Shown piece after piece: positions 28,919 to 38,112 of a stretch of 63,488 nucleotides of DNA (position 1 is the first letter of the stretch; each line of letters opens with the position of its first letter). A program made the translations under genes and the position numbers. The notes below the pieces were generated by a model. It worked only from the letters and a program-made list of their open reading frames with translations, was not told the origin of the DNA and did not search any database. Origin of the DNA: Candidatus Timburyella stercoris (GTDB taxonomy: Bacteria; Bacillota; Clostridia; Oscillospirales; Acutalibacteraceae); contig CAJFJP010000001.1 in NCBI GenBank assembly GCA_904384255.1, positions 21,415-84,902 of the forward strand, read 5' to 3'.

Positions 28919-29173
28919 TCAAAGCAGATAATACCGATTAGAGGTTGCGCTGCCATTGTCGCGGAAGTAAGGCTCTTTTCGTATCAGCTGTGCTTTTTCA
29001 AGATCTTTGATTGCTCGCTTGACCGTGCTTCGGGAAACTGACAGATCCTTTGCAATCGTGTTGAGTCCCGGCCAAGTCTTTCGTTCCTTATCCATCCGGT
29101 CGTGGAGATAGATATACACAAGCTTTGCCCGATGCGGCAGCTCCATGCGATAGAGATGATCAAGCCTGCCCAT
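28919..29173 (-). CDS. Winged-helix DNA-binding protein
   Basis: AKLVYIYLHDRMDKERKTWPGLNTIAKDLSVSRSTVKRAIKDLEKAQLI. ATG at 29173 follows GAGGT by 8 nt. Confidence 0.6.
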   Translation of the reverse strand: MGRLDHLYRMELPHRAKLVYIYLHDRMDKERKTWPGLNTIAKDLSVSRSTVKRAIKDLEKAQLIRKEPYFRDNGSATSNRYYLL

Positions 29174-31112
29174 CACTTTTTACCTCGGCTTTCTGTTCGG
29201 CAGGCACAGGCGTTTCCGGTCGGCGTGTTTTTGGCTCTATTTGTAGAGATGTACCTCCGCTTCGCTTATCCTGCATATGGTACGGCGGTCGATTCTTTTC
29301 GCTCATAGGTTGTTCCTGACCGCCTGTGACCGTATCGCCCTGTGGAGCAGACGGCTCTATTAAGTCTGGACGGTATTTCCTAATAATGCCGTCTATAATG
29401 ATTTTCTTCTCTGCATATTTCACCTTCCTATTGCCCTGATCTGGGACTGTATAAGGATGTTGTTCATCGAACTTAATGCCCCAATTGAAAAACAGTTTCA
29501 GTTTTACCTTCATGGGATAAAAGCCCGTTTTCATAACAACAAACTGTCCTTTAGGCATGGATTTCAGTTCATCCGGTGTCATAAGCGGTCGTTCAATCAT
29601 CTGTAAGGATTCGGACGGATCGTTTTTGCTTCGACTGACCGATCCTGACATGACCGTTCGGCTGCCGAGGGCTTTGGACAGTACCTCTGCCGAGCTTGAT
29701 TGGGGAGCGAAACCTCCGAAAATAGTGAGCTGCGTGTTGTCAATGATAATCTCTGCGCCTTCCTTGCCGTAATTCTTTTCTAATTGACTAAACGATTGAA
29801 TAATCGGTACGATCTGCAGGCGTCTTGAGCGGGATGCTGAGAACATCATCTCCGCTGACTCTATTTTCGGCAGTGTTCCATACTCATCGCAGAAGAACAC
29901 ACATCGGTTTTTCAGCTTTCCGCCGTTCTCATCGGCAACGGCAAGAATTTCACGATATAGCTGCTGTATAATCAGCGAGATCATGAAGAAGGTTGCCGGA
30001 TTTTCTTCCGGCATAATGATGAACAGTGCCGACTTCTCCTTACAGAATTTCTCGGCGTCAACCTCGGTATCAAAACAGAGGATTTGTTCCAGCTCCGAAT
30101 CAAGAAATGAGTTCAAGCGGGAGAGAGCTGTCGACATGACAGAGGCCATTGACTGCTCTGCCGTATTCAGTGCGGCTCCGGCAAACCATTTCGCCTTGTG
30201 GTCATTCGGCAATAATTCCATAAGTTGCTGAAACTGGTTCTTGCCCTTTTTTCCGGAAGGCGCGAGCAACTCTTGAATAATCTTAAACACTGAAACAATG
30301 TGCCGCTGCTCCGGTTTGCAGAACTCCGCTACCAGTAGAATCGTTGCTGTAAGGAGTCCTTCTGCCGCATCATAGAAATAGGCGTTCTGTCCAAAGGAAG
30401 CCGCGTCCATTCCCGATAGGATGATGGTCTTCGAAATGATTTTGGCGTACTTTTCACACCGCGCCTTGTAGACCAGCTTGTCAGGATTTGCCTGATACAA
30501 ATCCATATATTTGTTGACGAGGTGCAGAAGATTGTTGCCGTTGCTCCTTGTGGGATTTCTCAGATCAATGACCGATACATGATAGCCATATTGCTGCACG
30601 ATTTTCCCATAGTTTCGCATGATATCACCTTTGGTATCGGTTGACAGGAATGACATCCCTGAAGCGCAGGCATACTCGATGCATGGGTACAGCCAATAGG
30701 CGGTTTTACCAACACCCGCCGCACCGATCATTAAAGCATGGACATCGCCGGTATCAATCATCGCTGTCGTATTGCCAGTGCATCCTACTACAATTCCCTG
30801 TGGCAGAGCTTCCTCTGGTTTTTCTTTTTGATTCTTCCGTTTGAATAGGCGCTTTTTTGTGATGCAGGTCACAGTCGGTGTTTGACCTTTAGCAGCTTGC
30901 TTTCTCCATTTCTCGGGTGTAAATGGAATGTGCTTGTAGGTCTTTTTGATTTCCTGCCTGGTTGCCCAGCGAGCTGTGCCATGTTGGCCATCACCGACTG
31001 TACGGCTTTTAATATGATTCAGACTGTAGATGTGGGCGAGAAAGGTCACGCCGCCGAGAACGGCAAACATCACAGTGCCTACCACAATCAATAAAGTAAT
31101 GTTGCCCGTCAT
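29160..31112 (-). CDS. Type IV coupling protein (VirD4/TraG-like, Firmicute ICE type)
   Basis: N-terminal TM helix, Walker A GAAGVGKT, Walker B-like VFFCDEYG. 650 aa. Confidence 0.9.
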   Translation of the reverse strand: MTGNITLLIVVGTVMFAVLGGVTFLAHIYSLNHIKSRTVGDGQHGTARWATRQEIKKTYKHIPFTPEKWRKQAAKGQTPTVTCITKKRLFKRKNQKEKPEEALPQGIVVGCTGNTTAMIDTGDVHALMIGAAGVGKTAYWLYPCIEYACASGMSFLSTDTKGDIMRNYGKIVQQYGYHVSVIDLRNPTRSNGNNLLHLVNKYMDLYQANPDKLVYKARCEKYAKIISKTIILSGMDAASFGQNAYFYDAAEGLLTATILLVAEFCKPEQRHIVSVFKIIQELLAPSGKKGKNQFQQLMELLPNDHKAKWFAGAALNTAEQSMASVMSTALSRLNSFLDSELEQILCFDTEVDAEKFCKEKSALFIIMPEENPATFFMISLIIQQLYREILAVADENGGKLKNRCVFFCDEYGTLPKIESAEMMFSASRSRRLQIVPIIQSFSQLEKNYGKEGAEIIIDNTQLTIFGGFAPQSSSAEVLSKALGSRTVMSGSVSRSKNDPSESLQMIERPLMTPDELKSMPKGQFVVMKTGFYPMKVKLKLFFNWGIKFDEQHPYTVPDQGNRKVKYAEKKIIIDGIIRKYRPDLIEPSAPQGDTVTGGQEQPMSEKNRPPYHMQDKRSGGTSLQIEPKTRRPETPVPAEQKAEVKSDGQA

Positions 31113-31172
31113 AAGGCAGCACGCTTTCCGAATTTACTTCATCACTCCTTTATCTTTGATTTTGATTCTTTC

Positions 31173-32096
31173 TCAAATAATCTGTTGAAAAATACATTCT
31201 GTTTCCTCCAATTCTGTTGGATATAATAAATCCTCGTTCCAGTCCTTATGGATTGGTACGAGGATTTCATGTTGGATGCCCTTTATAAAAAGAGCATTTG
31301 AGGTTCGTTTATTGGCACTCTGTCCGGCTTCATCGTTATCGCGGCAGAGATAAACGGAACTGATATTGCGATAATCTTTCATCATCTGCCACAGCACATG
31401 ATCGGACACGCCGCAGGATGCAGCATAGTTGTGCTTTTGCCAACCATTCTTATGCATCGAGATAAATGAGAGCATATCTATCGGCGCTTCAAATAAGAAC
31501 AGCTTATTATCTGTTCCTTGCCAGTGGAAGCTGTACTCCGGCAAACCGCTTTCCACATTTCCTTTAAAGGTACTCTCCGAACCAGTTCCGCGCTTGTGCG
31601 CATGACGAGGAACACCGTATTTATCAAAACCAACAAATACCGCGTTGTGATAATCTGCCGATTCATAAATCATTCCTTTGCTCACAAAAGCATATATTAC
31701 CTCGCGGCTGATACCTCTGCGGTTTATGAGGTAAGCATAAACTCTGCGCATATTCTCATTTTTCGGCGGCAGTCCAAAGGGCTTTGGTGTTTTTTGGGGT
31801 ATTGGCGGTGATGCCGACAGTGTTCCTCCACCTTCACCGAGCAAATATTCCATCGCTTCGGGATAGTTCTTGTTATAGAACCGTCTGACAAAATCAACGG
31901 CATCGCCGCCAACCCGTTCGTATTGATGAAACCATAGGTTTCCTCGAATAGTGACCTTCTGCGAGCCGTCCCTCCATTCTAATTCTTTGCCGGAACGTTT
32001 GAGCGTTTCGCCCTGTCTGCGTAGCAGTTCGGCGATGTCTGTCTTTCTGGCCTGTTCCTTTTGCTCATCTGTAAAGTGGATATATCTTGTTGACAT
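31173..32096 (-). CDS. Toprim domain protein (DUF3991/TraC-primase-like)
   Basis: LFLFEAPIDMLSF and YLCRDNDEAGQ Toprim motifs. ATG at 32096 follows AAAGGAG. Confidence 0.75.
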   Translation of the reverse strand: MSTRYIHFTDEQKEQARKTDIAELLRRQGETLKRSGKELEWRDGSQKVTIRGNLWFHQYERVGGDAVDFVRRFYNKNYPEAMEYLLGEGGGTLSASPPIPQKTPKPFGLPPKNENMRRVYAYLINRRGISREVIYAFVSKGMIYESADYHNAVFVGFDKYGVPRHAHKRGTGSESTFKGNVESGLPEYSFHWQGTDNKLFLFEAPIDMLSFISMHKNGWQKHNYAASCGVSDHVLWQMMKDYRNISSVYLCRDNDEAGQSANKRTSNALFIKGIQHEILVPIHKDWNEDLLYPTELEETECIFQQII

Positions 32097-32295
32097 AAAG
32101 GCTCCTTTCGTAAATTTCAAGTTGATAATTCCAGAAATCTGATCACACTTGGCTTTGAGATCAAATGGTCGTATAATGCGTTCATACTACAGCAAATGCT
32201 AAGAAGAAGTGGTGATCAGGTTATGTTTCATGATAATGATAAAATCTAATTATGCTGTATCAATAATAGCCTGTGAATAAGCTCCACAAGCTGTT

Positions 32296-35220
32296 TTACT
32301 GCTTGATCCCCAGCGCCTGATTCTTTTCTTCAATCTTCCGACGTAGCTTGCGGTCGATGATAATCCCGTCTTTGCCCTTGCGTTCATCTTCCAGACGATT
32401 CTGTATCATCTGGGAGATGTGATGCAGAAGCCGAAGCGCCCCCATCGCCGCTGTCCAGTTTCGGTTACCGCGGATACTGTGCAGGAGTTGTACGGCATAT
32501 TGGTTGCCGTGTTCAGCGGAAGCAGTTAGCCAGCGGATAGCCTGCTCGTAATCTCGTTCTACATCCTTGCCATAGAGATATAGTTTACCGAGCTGGTATT
32601 CCGCATAGTCATCTCCTTGTTCAGCGGCCAGCCGGAACAGATGAATTGCTTTTGAAATATCTTTGAAGCCTTCCTCGGTCAGCCGGATTTTTCCGGCAAG
32701 GTAGGCGGCGTGGGAATTTTCTTTTTCTGCGGCGTTTTCCAGATGGAAAAGTGCTTTTTCAATATCCTGCGGAATTACCTCACCACGATACAACAGCTTT
32801 CCCATGAGATACTCTGCAGGCGTGAAACCCTTATCTGCGGACTGCATCAGAAGTTCTATCGATTTCGGAATATCCTGCAACAAGATTGTTCCGTCCAGAT
32901 AGGCTTTACCAAGGGTGTATGCAGCACATTCGTTTCCATCCTCTGCTACTTTTGAAAGCAGATCTGTTCCACGCCCTATGTTCTGTTCGGTTTCTTCGCC
33001 GAGCAGGAGCGTTTTGCCCAGAAGATATTCGGCGGCGCTGTTTTCTTGTTCCACTGCTTTTTCCAGCCATGCCAGCGCATATATCGGATTTTTAGGAATA
33101 TCCTCACCCTTGAGAAACAGTTTACCGAGGGCGTACTGTGCATAGGCGTGTTCGTTTTGTGCGGCGGTAATGAAATAGTCGATCGCCGTATAGGAATTAT
33201 GTTCCGCAAAATCCTTGTTGAGATACAGCCTGCCGAGACCATACCGGGCGTCATCGTTATCCAGTTCTGCCGCTTTCTCAAAGTATTCCTTTGCACGAAT
33301 CAGATTTTTCTCGGTACCTATTCCGGTCAGATTCATCTGTCCGAGACGGTAGTACAGCCTATCATCCGCCATGCTCTGCTCGATGGAAAGAAAACCGTTG
33401 TATGCCATCGTATACCATTTGGCAGATTCGCTCTTGTCCCGCGCTGTGCCGATCCCGTCTTTATACATCCGTCCCAACTCATACATGGCATAAGCATTTG
33501 GTTTTTCCTCATGGTTCGCTGCCAGTTTATAAAGAGAGAATGCCATCGCGTCATTTTGCTCTACACCTTGACCGCGCAGATAGAGACTGCCGAGAGAATA
33601 TGCGGCAAAAGGATTAGTTTCGATGACCGCTTTCTTATACCATTCTGCAGCTTTCGTGTAGTCCTGCTCCACTCCGTATCCGAATGCGTATAGCTTTCCG
33701 ATCCGATATTGGAAGTAATCTTTCTTTTTTTCTGTCTGTTCTTTGGAGGTAAAAGCAGCAAATGCTTTCCTAAACCACTCCTGTGCTTTTTCTTCATCCT
33801 TATCACATCCAATTCCCAACAGATGCATTCTACCGAGGTCGTGCATCGCAAAACCGTTTCCGCGCCTTGCTTCCGCTGCCATCAGTTTAAGAGCATATGT
33901 GAAATCAGAAGGCGAAGTTTTGGTGCCGTAAAGACAATTTTTCGCCTCCTTGTATTCGTCCGTCCACCAAGTCTTTTTACTGCCGCCGTAATAGGAAGAT
34001 TCCAGCATATCCGATTCGACAGGTTCGCTGTCGGTACTGTCCTGATCTTCGTCCTCCGCATATTTTGGTGCAGGGATATCATCATCAGTGGTTTCCTTAT
34101 CCATTACACGCTCTGCCGTAATGTTTAACGCCTCCTGAATTACCGCGTTTTTTATGGATTTGAACTCCTTGCTTTGCGACAGCGGAATCCTCTCCGGCAA
34201 AGCCTCAGTGTAGGTCTGAATCACTTCTTCACGCTTTTGATACCACAGGCCATAGAGAGCGGCGATTCGCTTATCCTTTGCGATCTCATCCACAATGGAA
34301 TCAATGATATCCTTGACATCTGCTTTGAGATACCCGTACTGCTTTTTGCCACCTGTCTTGGATAACCGGCCGGCAAGCTTCAACAGCAGATTTTCCACAG
34401 CGGGATTGTCGTAGGCTCCGGTATTGATTTTCTCAACCATTTCTCCGATGAGCTTTCGGCTTTCAGCCTTCAGCGCATCCCGATGCTCCGTCTGTTTTTC
34501 ATAAACGCAGAGCAGGTCTTGGGCAAAGATGTCTTTTGCAAAGGAAGAGCGCAGATGCTTCACTCCCTGCTTGGTGAGGTAGCCTTCATTCTCAATGGTT
34601 GAGTAGGCAACGAGATGCACATGGGGATGATGACTTTCATTATGGAAGGCGGCGAACCAGCGCAGATGCTCCATTGGGATTTTCAGATTTTTAGCCAGAG
34701 TTTCCGTCTGTGCCCGCAGCATATCTCGCCATCGGTGTCCATCATCGAAGCCAAGCCTTTCGGCGTCCTCTCGCCGCAGGGACAGGATTGCCGTCCACAC
34801 ATTTCCCTGATGAAGATTCAGTTCTTCTGAAATACTGGCAAGCTTGATTTCCACGCCGTCATCTGTGAACAGTCCATGTGAACCGAACCGCTGCGCCCTC
34901 GGACGGGTAGCAATGTAGTCGGCATAGGTCTTGCTTGTCATCATTTCTTGTGCGTTATCCTCCAGCGCACGGGTAATAAATTCCGAAGCTGCTCCCACCG
35001 TCAGCGTATGGATATAATCCTCGTACTCATGCATATCCTTTGAGTCGGGAAAATCACGGAGGATTTTTTCAATCAAAACTTTCTGATTTGCTGATACCGG
35101 AAGATACTTTTTGGAATCATCTATTTTATCTACGCCTTCACGGGTAGCGATATATTTCAGATACCCTCCGGCCTTATCGCCAGGGCGGATGAATTTGAAC
35201 TTGGTAATCAGCTTCGCCAC
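32296..35220 (-). CDS. MOB relaxase fused to a long Sel1/SLR repeat array
   Basis: N-terminal relaxase with a histidine cluster FHNESHHPHVHLVAYS. The C-terminal 560 aa or so are made of repeated ..A..W..KAA..G...A.Y.LG..Y..G.G... Sel1-type units (at least 10). Confidence 0.8.
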   Translation of the reverse strand: MAKLITKFKFIRPGDKAGGYLKYIATREGVDKIDDSKKYLPVSANQKVLIEKILRDFPDSKDMHEYEDYIHTLTVGAASEFITRALEDNAQEMMTSKTYADYIATRPRAQRFGSHGLFTDDGVEIKLASISEELNLHQGNVWTAILSLRREDAERLGFDDGHRWRDMLRAQTETLAKNLKIPMEHLRWFAAFHNESHHPHVHLVAYSTIENEGYLTKQGVKHLRSSFAKDIFAQDLLCVYEKQTEHRDALKAESRKLIGEMVEKINTGAYDNPAVENLLLKLAGRLSKTGGKKQYGYLKADVKDIIDSIVDEIAKDKRIAALYGLWYQKREEVIQTYTEALPERIPLSQSKEFKSIKNAVIQEALNITAERVMDKETTDDDIPAPKYAEDEDQDSTDSEPVESDMLESSYYGGSKKTWWTDEYKEAKNCLYGTKTSPSDFTYALKLMAAEARRGNGFAMHDLGRMHLLGIGCDKDEEKAQEWFRKAFAAFTSKEQTEKKKDYFQYRIGKLYAFGYGVEQDYTKAAEWYKKAVIETNPFAAYSLGSLYLRGQGVEQNDAMAFSLYKLAANHEEKPNAYAMYELGRMYKDGIGTARDKSESAKWYTMAYNGFLSIEQSMADDRLYYRLGQMNLTGIGTEKNLIRAKEYFEKAAELDNDDARYGLGRLYLNKDFAEHNSYTAIDYFITAAQNEHAYAQYALGKLFLKGEDIPKNPIYALAWLEKAVEQENSAAEYLLGKTLLLGEETEQNIGRGTDLLSKVAEDGNECAAYTLGKAYLDGTILLQDIPKSIELLMQSADKGFTPAEYLMGKLLYRGEVIPQDIEKALFHLENAAEKENSHAAYLAGKIRLTEEGFKDISKAIHLFRLAAEQGDDYAEYQLGKLYLYGKDVERDYEQAIRWLTASAEHGNQYAVQLLHSIRGNRNWTAAMGALRLLHHISQMIQNRLEDERKGKDGIIIDRKLRRKIEEKNQALGIKQ

Positions 35221-35231
35221 AGATGTTCACC

Positions 35232-35822
35232 TCATATCATCAGCAGGAAGCCCTGTTCCTCGTCCGTTTCTTCCTTTCGCAGTTCTTCCATGTTATCCTG
35301 CACAGCTTCACCATCCAAAGAGAAGGCTTCTTCCTGCTTACGGATTTGTATTTGGACAGCACTATAGTCATAGCCCACTTTTTTCAGCACATTTTCTGTC
35401 ATCATCTTCAGAAGATACTCCGTATCAAAATAAGACTCGAAATAAATGCCATCATTGATTTTGATAGGTCTGTTCATGCCTTCATCCGTCTTTCCGAGGA
35501 TGATTCGGCTGCGTCCAAACACCTTTTCGCTGATATCAAGTAATTTTCCATGTTGCTCTTTATCACAATCCCGCAAAATAATAGCGGCTGCTTCCCGCCA
35601 TGTCCTGCATGATATTTTTTCACCATCGGGCAGGTATACCGAGACAGGTTTTGTTCCTTTGAAAGAAAATGCAGGCATATCCAATGACCTCACAATATCA
35701 GCACGTCCATTTTGTTCTTCGCTTTTTATCCGCTTCACAAAATCATCCAGTTGTCTATCCACCAGTTCATGCAGTTCCTTTCGGATGCTCTCTGCGTATT
35801 CTCTAATTTTTTCTTTCTCCAT
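35232..35822 (-). CDS. Hypothetical protein in the relaxosome operon
   Basis: ATG at 35822 follows AAAGGA, 5 nt after the upstream stop. The track start at 35930 would overlap the upstream gene by 100 nt. Confidence 0.5.
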   Translation of the reverse strand: MEKEKIREYAESIRKELHELVDRQLDDFVKRIKSEEQNGRADIVRSLDMPAFSFKGTKPVSVYLPDGEKISCRTWREAAAIILRDCDKEQHGKLLDISEKVFGRSRIILGKTDEGMNRPIKINDGIYFESYFDTEYLLKMMTENVLKKVGYDYSAVQIQIRKQEEAFSLDGEAVQDNMEELRKEETDEEQGFLLMI

Positions 35823-35826
35823 ATCG

Positions 35827-36243
35827 TTATCCTTTCTGCCAGTCAACCGCATCATCGAGTTTGAGTGTGCCTTGCAAACGCTTGACCTCCTTAACGCATT
35901 CGCCGCGCAGGCGCTCCAAAGTAATCTCATCGATGTCGTTGGTCGCTGCTATGATATTCTGGAGCATGGCAAGCTCCACGGCAATTTTGAACAGGAGACG
36001 GCTGGTGCGGCTGTCGCTCTCAAAGACAATACTTTTCATTGTGGAGATAAACATATTGGGCAGAAAAGATTTCGGTTTTTTCGCTGTCAGGTATCCGAGA
36101 TAGAACAGTACCGCCTTTTCAATGAATTCTGACTGGCTTTTGCAGTTGTCCGAGCGATAGTATTCCTTTATACTTTTTAGCGTTTCCGGTTTCGCCCACA
36201 GCGGAAACTTTTCTTTACCCTTTGGCTTGGGCATATGCGTCAC
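35827..36243 (-). CDS. Ribbon-helix-helix-like protein, possible relaxosome accessory factor
   Basis: N-terminal FPLWAKPETLKSIKEYY...SQSEFIEKAVLFYLG resembles a CopG/RHH fold. It sits immediately upstream of the relaxase genes and next to the candidate oriT. Confidence 0.45.
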   Translation of the reverse strand: MTHMPKPKGKEKFPLWAKPETLKSIKEYYRSDNCKSQSEFIEKAVLFYLGYLTAKKPKSFLPNMFISTMKSIVFESDSRTSRLLFKIAVELAMLQNIIAATNDIDEITLERLRGECVKEVKRLQGTLKLDDAVDWQKG

Positions 36244-36276
36244 CTCAATTCGAAAGGCTACACCTAAAATATATAC

Positions 36277-36492
36277 GCAACCTCTTTGTTTATAAAATAT
36301 CTGAGATTACAAGATACAACCCCTCTGAAAACGCTGTAATCATGGGTAGTCATCTATGCTGTAACCCCGTTATTTCCGACAATACCTCATAGCAACCCCT
36401 TTTGAAGGCTGCCTCGGATTGCCCGAAAAGCCCCAAGCGGTCGGCGTTGCCGTCCGCTGTGAACCTGCGAGGGGGCTTTAGCAACCCCTCGC
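36277..36492 (-). other. Candidate oriT / relaxosome binding region
   Basis: Five same-orientation copies of a (G/A)(C/T)AACC(C/T)C(T/G) motif at 36277, 36316, 36361, 36392 and 36481, plus a perfect 8-bp inverted repeat GCGAGGGG-n10-CCCCTCGC (36467-36492). Located in a 416-bp ORF-free gap upstream of the RHH-relaxase operon. Confidence 0.4.
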
Positions 36493-36606
36493 TTTTCACC
36501 TGCTTGCTTTTCGACCCTGTAGTTCTGGCCGGAAAGCTGTCCGCTTTGCGCCCCGGAATTTTGCCCGAAATGCCCTACACAGGGTGACAGGTTGGCTCAC
36601 AGCGGG

Positions 36607-36641
36607 GACAAAAAAGACCGCAGGAATAAATCCTACGGTCT
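36607..36641 (-). terminator. Terminator of the fic gene
   Basis: Minus strand AGACCGTAGGA-tttat-TCCTGCGGTCT followed by TTTTTTG. Confidence 0.65.
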
Positions 36642-36659
36642 GATCTGTGATATTCACTT

Positions 36660-37424
36660 TTATATTCCAAGTGACGGACTATCGCTCGACACCTGTTCCT
36701 CTGCGATGGCAATATATTCTTCCAGTCGCTGCTGTTCCAGTCCGGCGATCATCTCTGCAAAGGGGGCAAGGTCGCCGTTCACAGCATAGGCTTCCAACGC
36801 CTCGAAGTATTCCAGACGGTTTTCCTTTGCAATAGAGACGGGGAGAAAACCGTTTGACAACAACTGATAGTTCATGATCATTCGGGAGGTTCTTCCGTTG
36901 CCGTCTGTATAAGGATGGATTCTCACAAACTCGGCATGAGTCCATGCCGCAAGTTCAACGGCGTTGAGTTCGGGCTTGTACGGCAGGTCTGCAAAAAAGT
37001 TTTTAACCTGACGGTACATATCGCTCGGTGCGGGAGGCTTGTGGCCTGCGCCGGTGATCCTCACTTCCACATCCCTGTACACACCGCCGACCAATATATT
37101 TTCCATGAGCAGAGAGTGGATATCCTTGACGATGTTTTCGTCAAGCGGTTTACCCTCAGCGACACATTTCTGCACATAGGCAAATGCCTTTGCATGATTT
37201 GCGACCTCATAAATTTCACGGAGTTCTTTTCCGCCCACTGAGAGTCCGTCCTCAATAATCGCCTTGGTCTGAATCAGCGTCAGCGTGTTTCCCTCAATAG
37301 CGGTAGAGTTGTGTGCGTATTCGATGTTGAAGCTGTTTTCAAAACTTGACAGCACTTCCGGGGAAAGTTCACTTCGTTTTTCTTCTGCTGTTTCTTTCAG
37401 TCTTAGAAGCAATTTGTAATCCAT
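36660..37424 (-). CDS. Fic family protein (class II, intramolecular inhibitory helix)
   Basis: Fic motif HPYTDGNGRTSR. The N-terminal NSTAIEGNTLT matches the (S/T)xxxE(G/N) alpha-inh motif. Confidence 0.9.
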   Translation of the reverse strand: MDYKLLLRLKETAEEKRSELSPEVLSSFENSFNIEYAHNSTAIEGNTLTLIQTKAIIEDGLSVGGKELREIYEVANHAKAFAYVQKCVAEGKPLDENIVKDIHSLLMENILVGGVYRDVEVRITGAGHKPPAPSDMYRQVKNFFADLPYKPELNAVELAAWTHAEFVRIHPYTDGNGRTSRMIMNYQLLSNGFLPVSIAKENRLEYFEALEAYAVNGDLAPFAEMIAGLEQQRLEEYIAIAEEQVSSDSPSLGI

Positions 37425-37539
37425 ATCTGCTCACCTCACTTTCCTGTATGCGTATTGTTTAATATATCATAAAAAAGCAAAAAATTCAAGGAAGACAAAA
37501 CGAATGTTCCGATTTGTTTGTTTTTCATCCTCTTGCACC

Positions 37540-37722
37540 TCAGATATTCATAATGGAAGCCTTGTATCCATCCGGACAGATTTGTTCTTCGGGAACATAC
37601 TCCTGATAAAACATATCGAAAACTTCAGCTAATTTGTTTTCTACCGTATCGGTAGTTTGCTGACCGAACACATCTGACAACGCATAGAAACAGTACTCAT
37701 TAAAATACAGTGTAATTGTCAA
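37540..37722 (-). CDS. Hypothetical 60-aa protein
   Basis: ORF with a 4-nt overlap to the upstream gene. No recognisable domain. Confidence 0.4.
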   Translation of the reverse strand: MTITLYFNEYCFYALSDVFGQQTTDTVENKLAEVFDMFYQEYVPEEQICPDGYKASIMNI

Positions 37723-37997
37723 TGTCCTCCATCCTGTTTCACCTCCGTGGACGAGACTGCGCCCACAGCAGAAGGGGGAGAAGGTTTCGATTTCTTCTTG
37801 GATGCATTTGATGCCGAAGATGCACCGGATCGAAGGTCAATAAACTCTCTGACTCCGGCGGGAACCGTTTTGGTGTAGAGCGTATCGAGCGCCTTTGTCA
37901 GTTCATCTTCGGTACTGCTGTTCTTCTGTCCGAGATAAAGTTTTAAGGCAGACATTTTGTCTTCATCGTAGGAAATTGTGATTGCTGTTTTTTTCAT
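37719..37997 (-). CDS. Hypothetical small protein with a Ser/Lys-rich tail
   Basis: ATG at 37997 follows AAGGA, giving MKKTAITISYDEDKMSALKLYL... The track start at 38051 has no SD. Confidence 0.45.
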   Translation of the reverse strand: MKKTAITISYDEDKMSALKLYLGQKNSSTEDELTKALDTLYTKTVPAGVREFIDLRSGASSASNASKKKSKPSPPSAVGAVSSTEVKQDGGH

Positions 37998-38112
37998 AGG
38001 CTTCATCCTTTCATATCGTTTGGATTGGAGCATCCTCTGGTGGTGTTTCATAACTGCTGTTCCAATGTTCCAGCTTCATGAAGATATTGATTAGCGAGCG
38101 CAGGATATTCCC

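Noticed and set aside
36277-36492. Short direct repeats checked as a possible CRISPR array or iteron-type replication origin.
   Set aside because: The repeats are only about 9 nt, are imperfect and irregularly spaced (31-89 nt). There are no cas or rep genes. The position next to the relaxase genes fits oriT better.
37540-37722. The 60-aa ORF upstream of fic as a class I Fic antitoxin (it contains TDTVEN, which matches (S/T)xxxE(G/N)).
   Set aside because: The Fic protein itself carries the canonical class II N-terminal inhibitory motif (STAIEGN). A 115-nt gap with promoter-like sequence separates the genes. A 6-residue degenerate motif is weak evidence.
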